In this document: in pieces, positions 36,156 through 47,088 of the stretch | Numbering within the stretch: position 1 is the first letter of the stretch | Layout of the letters: every line of letters starts with the position of its first letter | Assembly (NCBI GenBank): GCA_029060065.1 | Contig: JAIDUT010000044.1 | Coordinates: 1-49,792 of the forward strand | Source of the DNA: Clostridia bacterium | Lineage (GTDB): Bacteria > Bacillota > Clostridia > Christensenellales > UBA3700 | Reading direction: 5' to 3' | Length of the DNA stretch: 49,792 bases | Translations under genes and position numbers: made by a program | The notes under the pieces: model-generated | What the model was told of the DNA's origin: nothing | The model's database searches: none | Seen by the model: only the letters and a program-made list of their open reading frames with translations

Positions 36156-39100
36156 ATGAACAAGAAAAGAATTTTTATCTTGACAGCGTTGATCTTGGCA
36201 GTATGCCTTGTATTCTCCATGTTCGCAATCGCTTGCGATAAGAACAACGGTAACAACGAAGACAACAACGCAAAATCAACTCTACTCTTTACCAACGGCA
36301 CATTTGCCAGCGGTACGGGTGATTCCGCATTGACCTCTCCAAGTAATTGGACAGGCTCGGCAGGTTCTACTTCCTCTAGTTCGAGTTCGAGCTATACGCC
36401 GTCCGGAGAGGACGACTTGACGAAAGGCGTAGTAGGCACTTCGAGCTCTGAATGGAAAGCCTTGCAAAAGCAATATAAGCATATTACTGCAAGCTCTCCC
36501 GGCAGAGGTAAATCAAGCGAGAACGACGACGAACTCGATGACACCAAGGTATTGATGATCAACAACAGAAAGGCTACTTCGTACAAGTATACTTCTGAAT
36601 CTCATACTTTGGATACCGATAGTTATTATAAACTAAGCGTGGACGTCAAGACTATACTTGACGGTAACACTGACCCGCTTGCAGGCGCATATATCTACGT
36701 TAACGGCGCGGCATACGCAGGCTGGGAAGCAATCAACACAGATAACAGTTGGAAAACTTATACTTTGTATATCGAAACTTCCGAACTCTCCTCAGGTACT
36801 ATCACCGTAGTGCTTTCTTTGGGTATCGGCAACGGCTCAACCGGTCACCTTACCAAAGGTTTTGCTTTCTTCGACAACGTAGTGCTTGAGAAAGTATCCG
36901 AAGCCGACGAGGACGACGAAAATACAGACGTCTACACTAAAGAAGATTTTGACAAGCAAGAAGTCAACTCCGAAACAGCTAAGTATACAATGAAAGTCGC
37001 AGACAGCGAATTCGATTACGCGTCTTCTATCACAAGCGTTCCGTATACCCCGTCGAAGTACACTCAAGTACCGGGCTACGGCTCAGGTAACAACGCCAGC
37101 ACTTCTTCAAGCGATTTGGCAAAGGGTATTCTCGATACAACTACATTCTCGACCAAAAGCACAGCGACTTCGCTAAGCGCATTGACTGCAGTATTGGAGA
37201 AAGAAGGTCTATCTCTTGAAGAACTCGAAGTTCCGGAGCAATCGAAGGGCACGAGAATGCTCTATATTCAAAATAAGAACGCCAATGCTTTCGGTTACAG
37301 AGCTGACGTACAAATGAATTTCAAACTCAATAAGTACTATAAAGTAAGCGTTTGGGCAAGAACGTTCCTCGAACAAGGAAAGGCATCGGTTAGACTTACC
37401 GACGGTACGAATACCGACAGTAACGACTACACTATCGAATTTGACAACGGCGAATGGACGCAATACTCCTTCTACGTTCAAGCAAATCAATTCCGCTCTA
37501 CTCAGCTCAAGCTCGAACTTTGGCTTGGTTGGGGTGGCGCTAACGACACCGATACTCACGCAAAGGGCGTAGCGCTCTTTGACTTGACGGCTATCGAAGA
37601 GATTTCCGAAGAAGATTACAATAAAGCAACTGCTTCAACCACCGATAAGAAAATAGATCTTTCAACAGACGAAAATAAAATGAAGCCTGTCGACCTTAGC
37701 GACTTCACAGTTCAAAATCCTAGCGAACTCAATGATACGCTTGCAGGATATTCTAAGTCTGAAATAATCGACGTCAACGACAGTGAGGAACTTAAAAAAT
37801 TCCCCGGTAAACCGGTTGACAGAGCAGACACTCCTGCCCTCAACTCCAAAGTCCTCGTGATCGACAACTTCAGACCTACGGCGACAACCTTGTCTAACTT
37901 AACTATATCCAATAAAATAGTAGACACAAGCAAACTCACTACTATTTCCCCTAACAAGGCGTACGCTATTTCTATGTACGTCAAGACCAAGGATATACCG
38001 GCAAGCCAAGGCATGACGATTTCCTTACTCCGATTTAACGAAGATTACAAGACAGACGACAAATTCGAGAACTCATATACCGTATTATCCTCTTTCAGTA
38101 ATCTAAATACAGAGAATCTTGAAAGCGAAAAAGGTTTCAACGACTATACTCTCGTAACTTTCTACGTGCTCGGAGATAAACTCAAAGAAGCTAGATTAGG
38201 TATATCTATCAGCATAGGTTCGGGTGACGGAAGCGACTACTCTTCTCTCGTAATGGGCTACGGATACGTATCTTCAATGAACGTTGAGAACGTCGCTTAC
38301 AGCCAATACTCGTCGGCTTCAAGCTCTACAACTGTAAACACCGTTGATTTGTCGGATACGACTTCTGATTCCGAAGTTTCTTCCAACGGTTACTTCAAAA
38401 ACGTGGATATCAGCGCAACTGTCAACTTGTTCGGCAACGATATCTTTGCAGATGACGGCTACTTGAAAACCGCGCTTGCTATACCTACCAACTGGTCTAT
38501 CAACTCCTCTTCAAAGTTGACTGAAAAGAACGAAGACGAATCGTTTAAGTTTAACTATATGGCAGGTGTCCTCAACCTCAACAACGAATCTCAATATAAG
38601 GCTATGGGTATCAATAACGTCAACACTTTCTATAGCGGTATCGACAAGTTCTTCAATATTGATAAGAACCCAACCGTACTTGCTATAAAGAAAGGCGAAA
38701 GCATAACGACACTGGGATTCACATCTAACAGCATCTCTCTTACTGCTAACTCCTATTACGCATTTATGGTATACGCAAAAGCAGAGGTGGGAAGCGAGTT
38801 CAGCATTTCGCTTAAGACGGCTACGGCTAACGGCGCCGACGACAAATTCGCCACGCTTATCGGCGACGGCACTTGGCATCAATATATGGTATTTATCCAG
38901 ACCGGTATTTCAAGCACTTCCGTAAAGCTCTCGCTCAGCGCAGACAGCGAAACGCAACAAAGCTCGACGGTATTCTTTACAGGCGCAACGTACTCTACCA
39001 TAGATAAGAACGCATTTGAAAAGGCGCAAGAGCAAAGCAACCAAGATTGGCTTACTCAGTCTTGGCTCGTAGATTCATTCGACGATATCGACAGCGCAGA

Positions 39101-40211
39101 CAGCATCTCTGACGCAAAGAACTTTACCGGCGAATTAATCGACAGCGACGCAACCGCAGACAGCGACGCTTTGGTAAGCGGTGTAATCGACAAGAATAAG
39201 ACCAACTACTCTGACCTAGACCTCGACGTGGACGGCGCCGACGAATCAATCGTCAAAGCTATATTCAACAACGAGGATACTAACGTCGGTGATAGAGCGC
39301 TTGTAATCTACAACAAGGAAGCTACAGCTTACGGATACACCTCCAACTCGGCAGATATTACTCCGGGCAAGTATTATAAGATAAGCATCTGGGTATTGAC
39401 CTACAAACTTGCTCTTAACTCTAAGGTAAGCGACGATTTCGACAAACACTTTATTCCTACGGCTACTATCACCTTGAAGGCTAATAACAAGACGTACGAA
39501 TTCGGCAGAAAGCTGACAAGCGAATCTTCAGACTACGATAAGCAAAGAATTGTCAATACTTCTACTTACGACGACGATGGCAACGAAACTATCGGTCATT
39601 GGACAGAATACTCATTCTATATCTTTGCAGAGGAAGACATTGACAGCACGACCGCTACTCTTACCGTAAGCCTCGGCTTCAAGAATAGCAACTATTACCT
39701 GACGGGCTACGTATTCGTAGATAACTTCTCAGTAGAAGAAATCGACGAAGAAAACTTCATTGCCCGCAAGGACGTATATAAAGAAGCTGAAAACGGTAAG
39801 TACTTCTTGCAAGACGGCAAATACTTGCCGGTAGAGGGAAATACGGTTCCTGAAGGCGCTACGCTTTACAACAAGTTGACTGACAGCGAAGTAGCTAAGG
39901 ATGACAACGACAACAACAGCATACTTGCTAATGAAGCAGACGTAGCTAACAACTTCCGTATAGTATTCACTTCCGAAGACTCAAAGGCAGAACCGCCTAC
40001 GGATACTGAACCAACGCCTCCAACCGAGAAAGACCCGCTCATGTGGCTTTATATCTCACTCGGCGCTGTCAGCGGTATTATCGTTGTTATAGTAGTGATT
40101 GTAGTTATCAAAAAACTCATTCCTAAGAAAAAGAAGAAACTTATCAAAAACAGCAAGAACAAAAAGGCATCCTCTTCTAACACCAGCAAGAGAGATCAAT
40201 TCGGTAAGTAA
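36156..40211 (+). CDS. Large surface (lipo)protein with repeated beta-sandwich, CBM-like modules
   Basis: Lipobox-like AIAC; repeated YYK.SV..KT / W..Y.FY units; C-terminal TM and Lys-rich tail. Confidence 0.75.
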   Translation: MNKKRIFILTALILAVCLVFSMFAIACDKNNGNNEDNNAKSTLLFTNGTFASGTGDSALTSPSNWTGSAGSTSSSSSSSYTPSGEDDLTKGVVGTSSSEWKALQKQYKHITASSPGRGKSSENDDELDDTKVLMINNRKATSYKYTSESHTLDTDSYYKLSVDVKTILDGNTDPLAGAYIYVNGAAYAGWEAINTDNSWKTYTLYIETSELSSGTITVVLSLGIGNGSTGHLTKGFAFFDNVVLEKVSEADEDDENTDVYTKEDFDKQEVNSETAKYTMKVADSEFDYASSITSVPYTPSKYTQVPGYGSGNNASTSSSDLAKGILDTTTFSTKSTATSLSALTAVLEKEGLSLEELEVPEQSKGTRMLYIQNKNANAFGYRADVQMNFKLNKYYKVSVWARTFLEQGKASVRLTDGTNTDSNDYTIEFDNGEWTQYSFYVQANQFRSTQLKLELWLGWGGANDTDTHAKGVALFDLTAIEEISEEDYNKATASTTDKKIDLSTDENKMKPVDLSDFTVQNPSELNDTLAGYSKSEIIDVNDSEELKKFPGKPVDRADTPALNSKVLVIDNFRPTATTLSNLTISNKIVDTSKLTTISPNKAYAISMYVKTKDIPASQGMTISLLRFNEDYKTDDKFENSYTVLSSFSNLNTENLESEKGFNDYTLVTFYVLGDKLKEARLGISISIGSGDGSDYSSLVMGYGYVSSMNVENVAYSQYSSASSSTTVNTVDLSDTTSDSEVSSNGYFKNVDISATVNLFGNDIFADDGYLKTALAIPTNWSINSSSKLTEKNEDESFKFNYMAGVLNLNNESQYKAMGINNVNTFYSGIDKFFNIDKNPTVLAIKKGESITTLGFTSNSISLTANSYYAFMVYAKAEVGSEFSISLKTATANGADDKFATLIGDGTWHQYMVFIQTGISSTSVKLSLSADSETQQSSTVFFTGATYSTIDKNAFEKAQEQSNQDWLTQSWLVDSFDDIDSADSISDAKNFTGELIDSDATADSDALVSGVIDKNKTNYSDLDLDVDGADESIVKAIFNNEDTNVGDRALVIYNKEATAYGYTSNSADITPGKYYKISIWVLTYKLALNSKVSDDFDKHFIPTATITLKANNKTYEFGRKLTSESSDYDKQRIVNTSTYDDDGNETIGHWTEYSFYIFAEEDIDSTTATLTVSLGFKNSNYYLTGYVFVDNFSVEEIDEENFIARKDVYKEAENGKYFLQDGKYLPVEGNTVPEGATLYNKLTDSEVAKDDNDNNSILANEADVANNFRIVFTSEDSKAEPPTDTEPTPPTEKDPLMWLYISLGAVSGIIVVIVVIVVIKKLIPKKKKKLIKNSKNKKASSSNTSKRDQFGK

Positions 40212-40219
40212 GAATAATT

Positions 40220-40252
40220 CAACGGACGATGAAAATCGTCCGTTGTTTTTTT
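40220..40252 (+). terminator. Intrinsic terminator
   Basis: CAACGGACGAT-GAAA-ATCGTCCGTTG followed by T7. Confidence 0.85.
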
Positions 40253-40270
40253 AATGACAAATTTAGAATA

Positions 40271-40561
40271 TTAACCGATTGGTATAAAAATCTTTTGACC
40301 GATAAATACGCGCTCTAACCCATTTAAGTCTTTTGTCCTTTGCAAGTTTGCGCCAAACTTACTTACGATGCTTTCCAGCGTATCAAAAGGCTGGACGGTA
40401 TAATATTCCCCTTGATTTTCTTCGACGATAAGTCGCATACCTACGAAAAGGTCTGTATTAAGGTTGTTGAGTTTCTTTATTGCCAAGGGAGTGGTATGAT
40501 ACTTCTCCGCTAAACCATCAAGCGTCGTACCGCTATCTACTCTTATCATTGCTTTTTTCAT
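40271..40561 (-). CDS. Two-LysM-domain protein
   Basis: TLDGLAEKYHTT...IKKLN and YTVQPFDTLESI...IGQKIFIP; ATG 40561 after AAGGAG. Confidence 0.85.
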   Translation of the reverse strand: MKKAMIRVDSGTTLDGLAEKYHTTPLAIKKLNNLNTDLFVGMRLIVEENQGEYYTVQPFDTLESIVSKFGANLQRTKDLNGLERVFIGQKIFIPIG

Positions 40562-40682
40562 ATTTTGCTCCTTATTTTTAATAGGTAGGAATTTCTTCAC
40601 TGCTGTCGAACTGCCATTAAAAAAGATATTTCGACTTCGCTTAATACATTCTATTTTGCAAATGCCGTCAATATTATATTGT

Positions 40683-42188
40683 ATGAGAAAAATATTCAAA
40701 GCGTTTGCAACCGTGACGGTAATTTCGGCTATTACGAGAGGGCTGTCATTTGTATTCAAAATATATCTATCTAGAAAATTGGGCGCAGAAATATTGGGAC
40801 TTTATCAAATTTGCGCTTCCGTATTTATGCTCTTTGCATGTATATGCACTTCCGGTCTGCCTGTCACGCTGTCGAGAATAACGGCAGAAAGCGACACTGT
40901 CGGAGATAACAAACGTCAATTCGGCGCATTGACGACTTGCCTGTTTGCGGGAGTGTTGATTACTCTGGTGATGATTTCGGCTGTATTGATTTTTCCTCAA
41001 ATACTTAATTTGATATTCAAAGACGAAAGATGCAGAAAACTTTTTTTGATTATGCTCCCCATGCTATTGACGGCCTGTCTTTACGCGATATTGCGCGGTT
41101 GGTTTTGGGGCAAAAAATACTTCGGCATATACTCGATAAGCGAACTTGCCGACGAAATACTAAAAATACTCTTTGCCATCATCTTCCTTGAGGGAAGCGT
41201 ACTTGCCATACAAAAAGAATACGCATACGCTTTGGCAATGCTTGCAGGCGATATAATTGTCGTAGCAATAATCATAATTATGTACGTTGCAAAAAAAGGT
41301 AAACTCGCTAAGCCTACTCTAGGAAAAGAAATTGCCAAAAGCGCAACTCCGCTGACAGTAACGAGAATAGTAGGTTCTCTCATGTCAACATTTATGTCTT
41401 TGATTTTGCCTTCGCTTCTCGTTACAAAACTCGGTATGAGCCAAAGCATGGCAACTGCCGATTTCGGACGCGCAAGCGGAATGGTTATGCCACTAATATT
41501 TACGCCTACTTCAATTATAGGTTCCTTGAGCGTAGTTCTCATTCCTGAAATTGCGTCTGTAAAAGCCGGCAAAGGCGTCAAATCCCTCTCCGGCAGTCTT
41601 GGCAACGCTATACTATTCGGCTGTCTTGTATCGTGCGTATTTTTCACTTTATTTTCCGGCGCCGGCAATCAACTAGGCGACCTTCTCTACGACGATCCGT
41701 TGAGTGGCGAATATCTGTCATTTGCGTCGATAATAATGATACCTATGTGCTTAAACAACCTAGTAGTATCAATGCTCAACTCAATGGGCAAGGAATTCAA
41801 TACATTCATATCTCACGTGATAGGGTGCGTAGTATTGATGATAATTCTTCTTACAACTCCTGCTCTACTTGGCGTAAAAGCCTACTTTGTGTCGTTGGGA
41901 GCAATGCACTTGACAGCGCTTGCAATAAACTTGATAGTGCTTAATAAGAATGTTAAAATACATTCCAAAGTCGCGCTGAAAAGCGGAATCTGCATAATCT
42001 TCTCGCTCGGCGTAGCGATAGTATGCAAACTCGCGTCAGGCGCGCTTGTAGGTAGCAATCAAATAGTTGTGATTATAACGGTATTCGTAATCTCCGCCGT
42101 AGCTTTCGTTCCGTTTGCAATACTCAGTAAAATGGTCAAAGTCAACTTTAAGAGATTTGCGCTGAAAAATAAGACGACATTTTTATAA
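40683..42188 (+). CDS. SpoVB/MurJ-like polysaccharide flippase (MOP family)
   Basis: YLSRKLGAEILGLYQ, SGLPVTLSR, many TM helices. Confidence 0.85.
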   Translation: MRKIFKAFATVTVISAITRGLSFVFKIYLSRKLGAEILGLYQICASVFMLFACICTSGLPVTLSRITAESDTVGDNKRQFGALTTCLFAGVLITLVMISAVLIFPQILNLIFKDERCRKLFLIMLPMLLTACLYAILRGWFWGKKYFGIYSISELADEILKILFAIIFLEGSVLAIQKEYAYALAMLAGDIIVVAIIIIMYVAKKGKLAKPTLGKEIAKSATPLTVTRIVGSLMSTFMSLILPSLLVTKLGMSQSMATADFGRASGMVMPLIFTPTSIIGSLSVVLIPEIASVKAGKGVKSLSGSLGNAILFGCLVSCVFFTLFSGAGNQLGDLLYDDPLSGEYLSFASIIMIPMCLNNLVVSMLNSMGKEFNTFISHVIGCVVLMIILLTTPALLGVKAYFVSLGAMHLTALAINLIVLNKNVKIHSKVALKSGICIIFSLGVAIVCKLASGALVGSNQIVVIITVFVISAVAFVPFAILSKMVKVNFKRFALKNKTTFL

Positions 42189-42253
42189 ATCGCGATAATT
42201 TGGTAAACAAAAAGTAGATTGACTAAAAAGCTAAGATAGTATATTATATAAAT

Positions 42254-42721
42254 ATGATAAATATAATTGTAGCTGTCGCCCAAAACGGCGTAATTGGCAA
42301 CAAAGGCAAATTGCCTTGGAACTTAAAGCTAGATATGGCTAGATTTAAGAAATTAACTATGGGAAACGTAGTCATATTCGGCAAGAATACTTTCCAAGAA
42401 ATTCGACAACCGCTCATAGGAAGAGAAAATATAGTTTTGTCTACGTATCTTCAAAATATCGACGGCGCAAAAGTTTTTGATAATCTAGAAAAAGCCATTG
42501 AATACGCTAAGACTTCCGGCAAGGAGATTTTTATATGCGGTGGTGAAAGCGTGTACAAAGAAGCTATTAATTTCGCCGACAGACTCTATATTACGCATAT
42601 TCACTCTAATTTTGACGGCGATAGACACTTCCCTGCAATACCTAAAGAGTACGAATGCGTATCAAGTCAAGATATACAGGACACGGGAGTGTCAACGACT
42701 TTTTGCGTATATAAGCGGTAG
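42254..42721 (+). CDS. folA: Dihydrofolate reductase
   Basis: IVAVAQNGVIG..GKLPW, GRENIVLS, ICGGESVY, GDRHFP. Confidence 0.96.
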   Translation: MINIIVAVAQNGVIGNKGKLPWNLKLDMARFKKLTMGNVVIFGKNTFQEIRQPLIGRENIVLSTYLQNIDGAKVFDNLEKAIEYAKTSGKEIFICGGESVYKEAINFADRLYITHIHSNFDGDRHFPAIPKEYECVSSQDIQDTGVSTTFCVYKR

Positions 42722-42796
42722 AGATTTTTTGACCTTGCTCGAAATGACGTTAAGACCGCTTGATTTTGTTATATATATTTGGTATAATGATTGCAG

Positions 42797-42891
42797 AAAG
42801 TGTAGAGTTTGCGCGTGAAGTGTCGTCTGGACGGGGAGTGCCGACGAACGAAAAGTAAAACTACTTGCGGTGCAACACTCACTCCCACTTT
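42797..42891 (+). ncRNA. THF riboswitch
   Basis: GTAGA...GCGTGAAGTG...ACGGG..GT...AACGAA...GCG...TCC pattern, closing stem AAAGTG/CACTTT, upstream of folC; TGGTATAAT extended -10 just upstream. Confidence 0.85.
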
Positions 42892-42960
42892 GGACTAGTT
42901 ATATCTTTTGGACGTAATTACAGTGTCTTTTTGTGGGGAACTTTCTTAGGAGGTTCTCTT

Positions 42961-44223
42961 TTGATTTATTCTCAAGCCGTAGAATATATATTAGGCGTGG
43001 AAAAATTCGGCATAAAACTTGGACTTGAAACCGTCAAGACCCTGCTTGCAAGACTTGGCAATCCGCAAAACTGCCTCAAATTCTTGCATATCGCAGGTAC
43101 CAACGGCAAAGGCTCAGTGAGTTGCTTTTTGACCAATATACTTCTTACAAGAGGTTACAGTGTGGGCACGTTCAATTCCCCCTCTGTCTTTGGCTACAAC
43201 GAGAGATACCTATTCAACAATGCGCCTATGAGCGATGAAGACGTAGCAAAATACGTTACAATGGTTGCTGACGAGCGGTCAAAAATGACGCAAGAGGGGC
43301 TTGACCTGCCGTCGGCTTTTGAACTCGAATTTGCCGTGGCTATGCTCTACTTCAAAGACAAGCAATGCGACTTTGCCATATTAGAATGCGGACTGGGCGG
43401 TAGACTTGACGCAACAAACGCAATAAGTAAAAAAGAACTTGCAATAATAACCTCTATATCCTACGACCATACGGCAATACTCGGCGACACGTTGAGCAAG
43501 ATAGCTGAGGAAAAGTATGCTATCGTAAAGGACTGCCCTTTAATTACTTACCGTCAAGGCGACGAGGTTATGAGTATACTCGGAAAGGCAAACCGTCTAA
43601 TACTGTGCGATGAACCCATGCTTGTCGAGAGCGATATCTACGGACAAACTATGCTCTATAAAGGCGAAGAATACCGCTTAAAACAACTTGGTAGATACCA
43701 GCTTATCAACTGTTCGCTTGCAATACAAAGCGCGCTGTATCTTTCTCAAAATGGCTATGACATATCGATTGCTAACATAAAAAAAGGCGTTGAGAACGCA
43801 ATTTGGAAAGGACGTCTGCAAAAGATAAGCAAGGGCGACAAGTTGTTTCTTCTCGACGGAGCGCATAATCCCGACGGCGCAAAAGTCTTAGCGCAAGAAC
43901 TCGCTACGACTTTTAAGAAAATGAAAAAGTGCCTCGTTTTCGGTATGTTCAAAGATAAGGATATAGACGGCGTATTGAAAAATATAGGCGTACTTGCAGA
44001 TAGATTTATCGCAATTAAACCGCCGTCGTCCAGAGGTCTTGATGAAAAGATTACGTATAAGAAATGCCTTGAGTATACGACTGCCTGCGAGATGAGCGAG
44101 GATATAGCAAATGCAATCGACAAGGCATATATGAGCGATTGCAACTTAATAGTAGTGTGCGGGTCATTGAGTATACTCTCACCAGCTTTTGATGCCATAA
44201 CGAAATTATATACCAGAGGATAA
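42961..44223 (+). CDS. folC: Folylpolyglutamate synthase / dihydrofolate synthase
   Basis: HIAGTNGKGS, ECGLGGRLDATN, DGAHNPDG; TTG start after AGGAGG. Confidence 0.95.
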   Translation: MIYSQAVEYILGVEKFGIKLGLETVKTLLARLGNPQNCLKFLHIAGTNGKGSVSCFLTNILLTRGYSVGTFNSPSVFGYNERYLFNNAPMSDEDVAKYVTMVADERSKMTQEGLDLPSAFELEFAVAMLYFKDKQCDFAILECGLGGRLDATNAISKKELAIITSISYDHTAILGDTLSKIAEEKYAIVKDCPLITYRQGDEVMSILGKANRLILCDEPMLVESDIYGQTMLYKGEEYRLKQLGRYQLINCSLAIQSALYLSQNGYDISIANIKKGVENAIWKGRLQKISKGDKLFLLDGAHNPDGAKVLAQELATTFKKMKKCLVFGMFKDKDIDGVLKNIGVLADRFIAIKPPSSRGLDEKITYKKCLEYTTACEMSEDIANAIDKAYMSDCNLIVVCGSLSILSPAFDAITKLYTRG

Positions 44224-44224
44224 T

Positions 44225-44782
44225 ATGAACGAGAAAGACAAAGCAAAAATACAACAAGCAGTAACTATGATACTAGAAGCCATTGGCGAGGACCCTACGC
44301 GCGAGGGGCTTGTCGATACGCCCAAGCGAGTGGCGAATATGTTCGAGGAATTGACGGCAGGATATCGCGACGACGAAAAGGTACATCTTGCTAAGACCTT
44401 TGACGTACGCTGTAGCGACTGGGTAATAGAAAAGAATATATCTTTTTCGTCTACGTGCGAACACCACCTTATGCCATTCTTCGGTAAGATAGCCATTGCG
44501 TATCTTCCGTCGGATAAGGTCGTAGGTCTATCAAAACTCGCAAGGACGGTAGAAGTTTTTGCGCGCAGATTACAGTTGCAAGAAAGGCTTACCAATGAAG
44601 TCGCAGACGCCGTTATGGACAATCTCAACGCCAAAGCCGTCATAGTACTGTGCGAAGCCGAACATACCTGTATGACCGCAAGGGGCGTGAGAAAAATCGG
44701 CTCAAAGACAACTACATTTGCAAAGCGTGGCGAAGTAGAAAGCAACCAAGCGGATATACTTATTAGATTGATGACGGTGTGA
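44225..44782 (+). CDS. folE: GTP cyclohydrolase I
   Basis: CEHHLMPF, GLSKLAR, LQLQERLT, HTCMTARG. Confidence 0.97.
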   Translation: MNEKDKAKIQQAVTMILEAIGEDPTREGLVDTPKRVANMFEELTAGYRDDEKVHLAKTFDVRCSDWVIEKNISFSSTCEHHLMPFFGKIAIAYLPSDKVVGLSKLARTVEVFARRLQLQERLTNEVADAVMDNLNAKAVIVLCEAEHTCMTARGVRKIGSKTTTFAKRGEVESNQADILIRLMTV

Positions 44783-44783
44783 T

Positions 44784-45578
44784 ATGAAAATAGGCAACAG
44801 AATTTTTGATAGCGGTACGCATATTATGGCGATAATCAATCTCACCCCCGACTCTTTTTTCGATAAGTCAAGGACTGCTGTCGAAGAACTTTTACCGCGC
44901 GTCAGCAAAGCCATTGACGACGGAGCCGAAGTAATAGATATCGGCGGTCAGTCGACCCGCCCTAACCATACTCCTATTGGCGCAGAAGAGGAATGGCAAC
45001 GCTTAGCGCGACCAATCGAGCTTATCAAATCCAACTTCGATATCCCCCTATCTGTAGATACGTACTATCCTTACGTGGCAGAAAAAGCCTTGCAAAACGG
45101 CGCTGATATGATAAACGATATCTGGGGTCTGCAATATGAGAACAACGGCGAAATGGCTAGAGTAATAGCAAAATACAATGCGTCTGTCTGTATAATGCAA
45201 AATCAAAACGGCATTTCGCCCGATGAAAGACTTTGGGAAGATATGTATGTATTTTTGCAAAAGAGTCTGGATATAGCAAAGCAAGCAGGCATCGACAATG
45301 ACAAAATTATACTCGACGGAGGAATAGGTTTTGGCAAAACAAAAGAGCAAAACTTTACCGTAGTAAACGGTTACTCCAACTTGTACAAGTTCGGCTATCC
45401 CCTGCTTCTCGGCACGTCGCGTAAGTCTATGTTTGGCGGTGACGTAGCCGATAGACTTGCTCCCACGCTAGAAACGACAAGACAAGCCGTAAGACAAGAC
45501 GTACTCTTTGTAAGAGTACACGACGTAAAAGAAAATATGCAAGCTATTATCGACGAAGCTCGCAAAAAAGAGGCATAA
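44784..45578 (+). CDS. folP: Dihydropteroate synthase
   Basis: NLTPDSFFD, GGQSTRP, GTSRKS, RVHDV. Confidence 0.97.
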   Translation: MKIGNRIFDSGTHIMAIINLTPDSFFDKSRTAVEELLPRVSKAIDDGAEVIDIGGQSTRPNHTPIGAEEEWQRLARPIELIKSNFDIPLSVDTYYPYVAEKALQNGADMINDIWGLQYENNGEMARVIAKYNASVCIMQNQNGISPDERLWEDMYVFLQKSLDIAKQAGIDNDKIILDGGIGFGKTKEQNFTVVNGYSNLYKFGYPLLLGTSRKSMFGGDVADRLAPTLETTRQAVRQDVLFVRVHDVKENMQAIIDEARKKEA

Positions 45579-45582
45579 AACC

Positions 45583-46377
45583 ATGAGCAGTATAGATATT
45601 CACAACCTAAAAGTAGTGACTTGCCACGGCGTTCTCCCTGAAGAGAAAGTCAACCGCCAGCCATTTTACTTTGACGTAAGTATAGAGTACGACTTTGCTA
45701 AAGCAACAAAGACCGACGACCTTGCCCTAACTCTCAACTATGACGAGATTATGCACAAAATAAGCGATTTTTGCAAGGACAATACCTTTGATTTGATAGA
45801 AACGCTATGCCACCGCACGGCGCTTATGCTTATGCGCAATTACCCGATTATCGGCGTTAGCGTAACAGTCAAAAAACCGCAAGCGCCGGTTTCGCTTCCA
45901 TTTGACGACGTATCGGTTACTACGACTTTGACAAGAAACACTGTACTGCTCTCACTTGGCAGTAATATGGGAGAAAGACAGTCGTACCTTGATACGGCAA
46001 TAAAAAGACTTGGCGAACACGAAGATATAACTATCCAAAAGATTTCTTCTCCATACGAGAACGCTCCCTACGGCGGTGTAGCTAAATTGCCATTTATAAA
46101 TATGGCGGTCAAAATCTCTACATATCTTTCGCCATACGAGTTGCTTGATTATCTTCACTTAATTGAAAGTGAGGCGCAAAGAGATAGAAGCATACGTTGG
46201 GGAGATAGAACTTTGGATATAGATATAGTATTCTACGGAGATAAAGTCATTGACGACGATATATTAACTATTCCCCATCCCGATTATCAAAATAGAGATT
46301 TCGTACTTATTCCCCTTAAGGAAATAGCTCCCGATTTTCTCTGTCCAATCTGCAGGAAAAGAATCAGCCAACTTTAA
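45583..46377 (+). CDS. folK: Bifunctional dihydroneopterin aldolase / HPPK (FolB-FolK fusion)
   Basis: HGVLPEEK...LIE in the N-half; LSLGSN, RWGDRTLDIDI, IPHP in the C-half. Confidence 0.93.
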   Translation: MSSIDIHNLKVVTCHGVLPEEKVNRQPFYFDVSIEYDFAKATKTDDLALTLNYDEIMHKISDFCKDNTFDLIETLCHRTALMLMRNYPIIGVSVTVKKPQAPVSLPFDDVSVTTTLTRNTVLLSLGSNMGERQSYLDTAIKRLGEHEDITIQKISSPYENAPYGGVAKLPFINMAVKISTYLSPYELLDYLHLIESEAQRDRSIRWGDRTLDIDIVFYGDKVIDDDILTIPHPDYQNRDFVLIPLKEIAPDFLCPICRKRISQL

Positions 46378-46391
46378 GAAAACACTAAATG

Positions 46392-46416
46392 AAAAAAGCG
46401 CCTTTTAGGCGCTTTT
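46392..46416. terminator. Bidirectional terminator
   Basis: AAAAAAGCGCC-TTTTA-GGCGCTTTT between convergent genes. Confidence 0.8.
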
Positions 46417-46440
46417 CAAAAATATAGTCGATATCGCATA

Positions 46441-47052
46441 TCACAACGAATTGAGAATGTCGAGCAAAATGTCCATTGCCATTTCGGCTTTGTCGGCAGT
46501 TGTGTTGAGGTGACGGTATACTTCGCGATACTTAAAGATGGATTTGAAATCGTCGCCTTCGAAAAGACTTGCCAATGCTTTATAATATCTTGCGCCCACT
46601 TCATTTTCCAAACTCTTGACGTTGAACGCTTCTTCTTTAGCGACGTTCTTATGCTTTTCCATATTTGCGACAGCTTTTTCGATATGTTCGGCAATATCGC
46701 AAAGTATGGCTACCATTTTTGTCATATCCTCGTTTGGCTCAATCTTAAAAAATCGCATTTCGTCGATAGAATTCTTAGCGTAATCAAGAACCTCGTCAAG
46801 CTGACCCGATAAGTCGAATATATCGTTACGCTCCATAGGCGTAATAAAAGTAGCGTTGAGCTCGTTGACAAGATTACGTCTTGCCATATCCCCTTCGTCC
46901 TCTATAGTAATTACCATATCGCCGTAGCTCTCGTGTTCCGGCTCGCCTACCGACAAACAGTATTTGTGAAGCGCGTCTAAGCCCCTGCGCATTATCTCGC
47001 ATTGACTGGTTAGTAATTGAAAAAAGTTGACTTTCTTTCTGAAGATTTTCAT
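46441..47052 (-). CDS. DUF47 / PhoU-like phosphate transport regulator
   Basis: EDEGD, TFITPMERNDI; downstream of pit; start reset to ATG 47052 after AGGAG. Confidence 0.9.
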   Translation of the reverse strand: MKIFRKKVNFFQLLTSQCEIMRRGLDALHKYCLSVGEPEHESYGDMVITIEDEGDMARRNLVNELNATFITPMERNDIFDLSGQLDEVLDYAKNSIDEMRFFKIEPNEDMTKMVAILCDIAEHIEKAVANMEKHKNVAKEEAFNVKSLENEVGARYYKALASLFEGDDFKSIFKYREVYRHLNTTADKAEMAMDILLDILNSL

Positions 47053-47088
47053 TGGCAATCTCCTTTTAGGTTTATTTGTTGACACATA

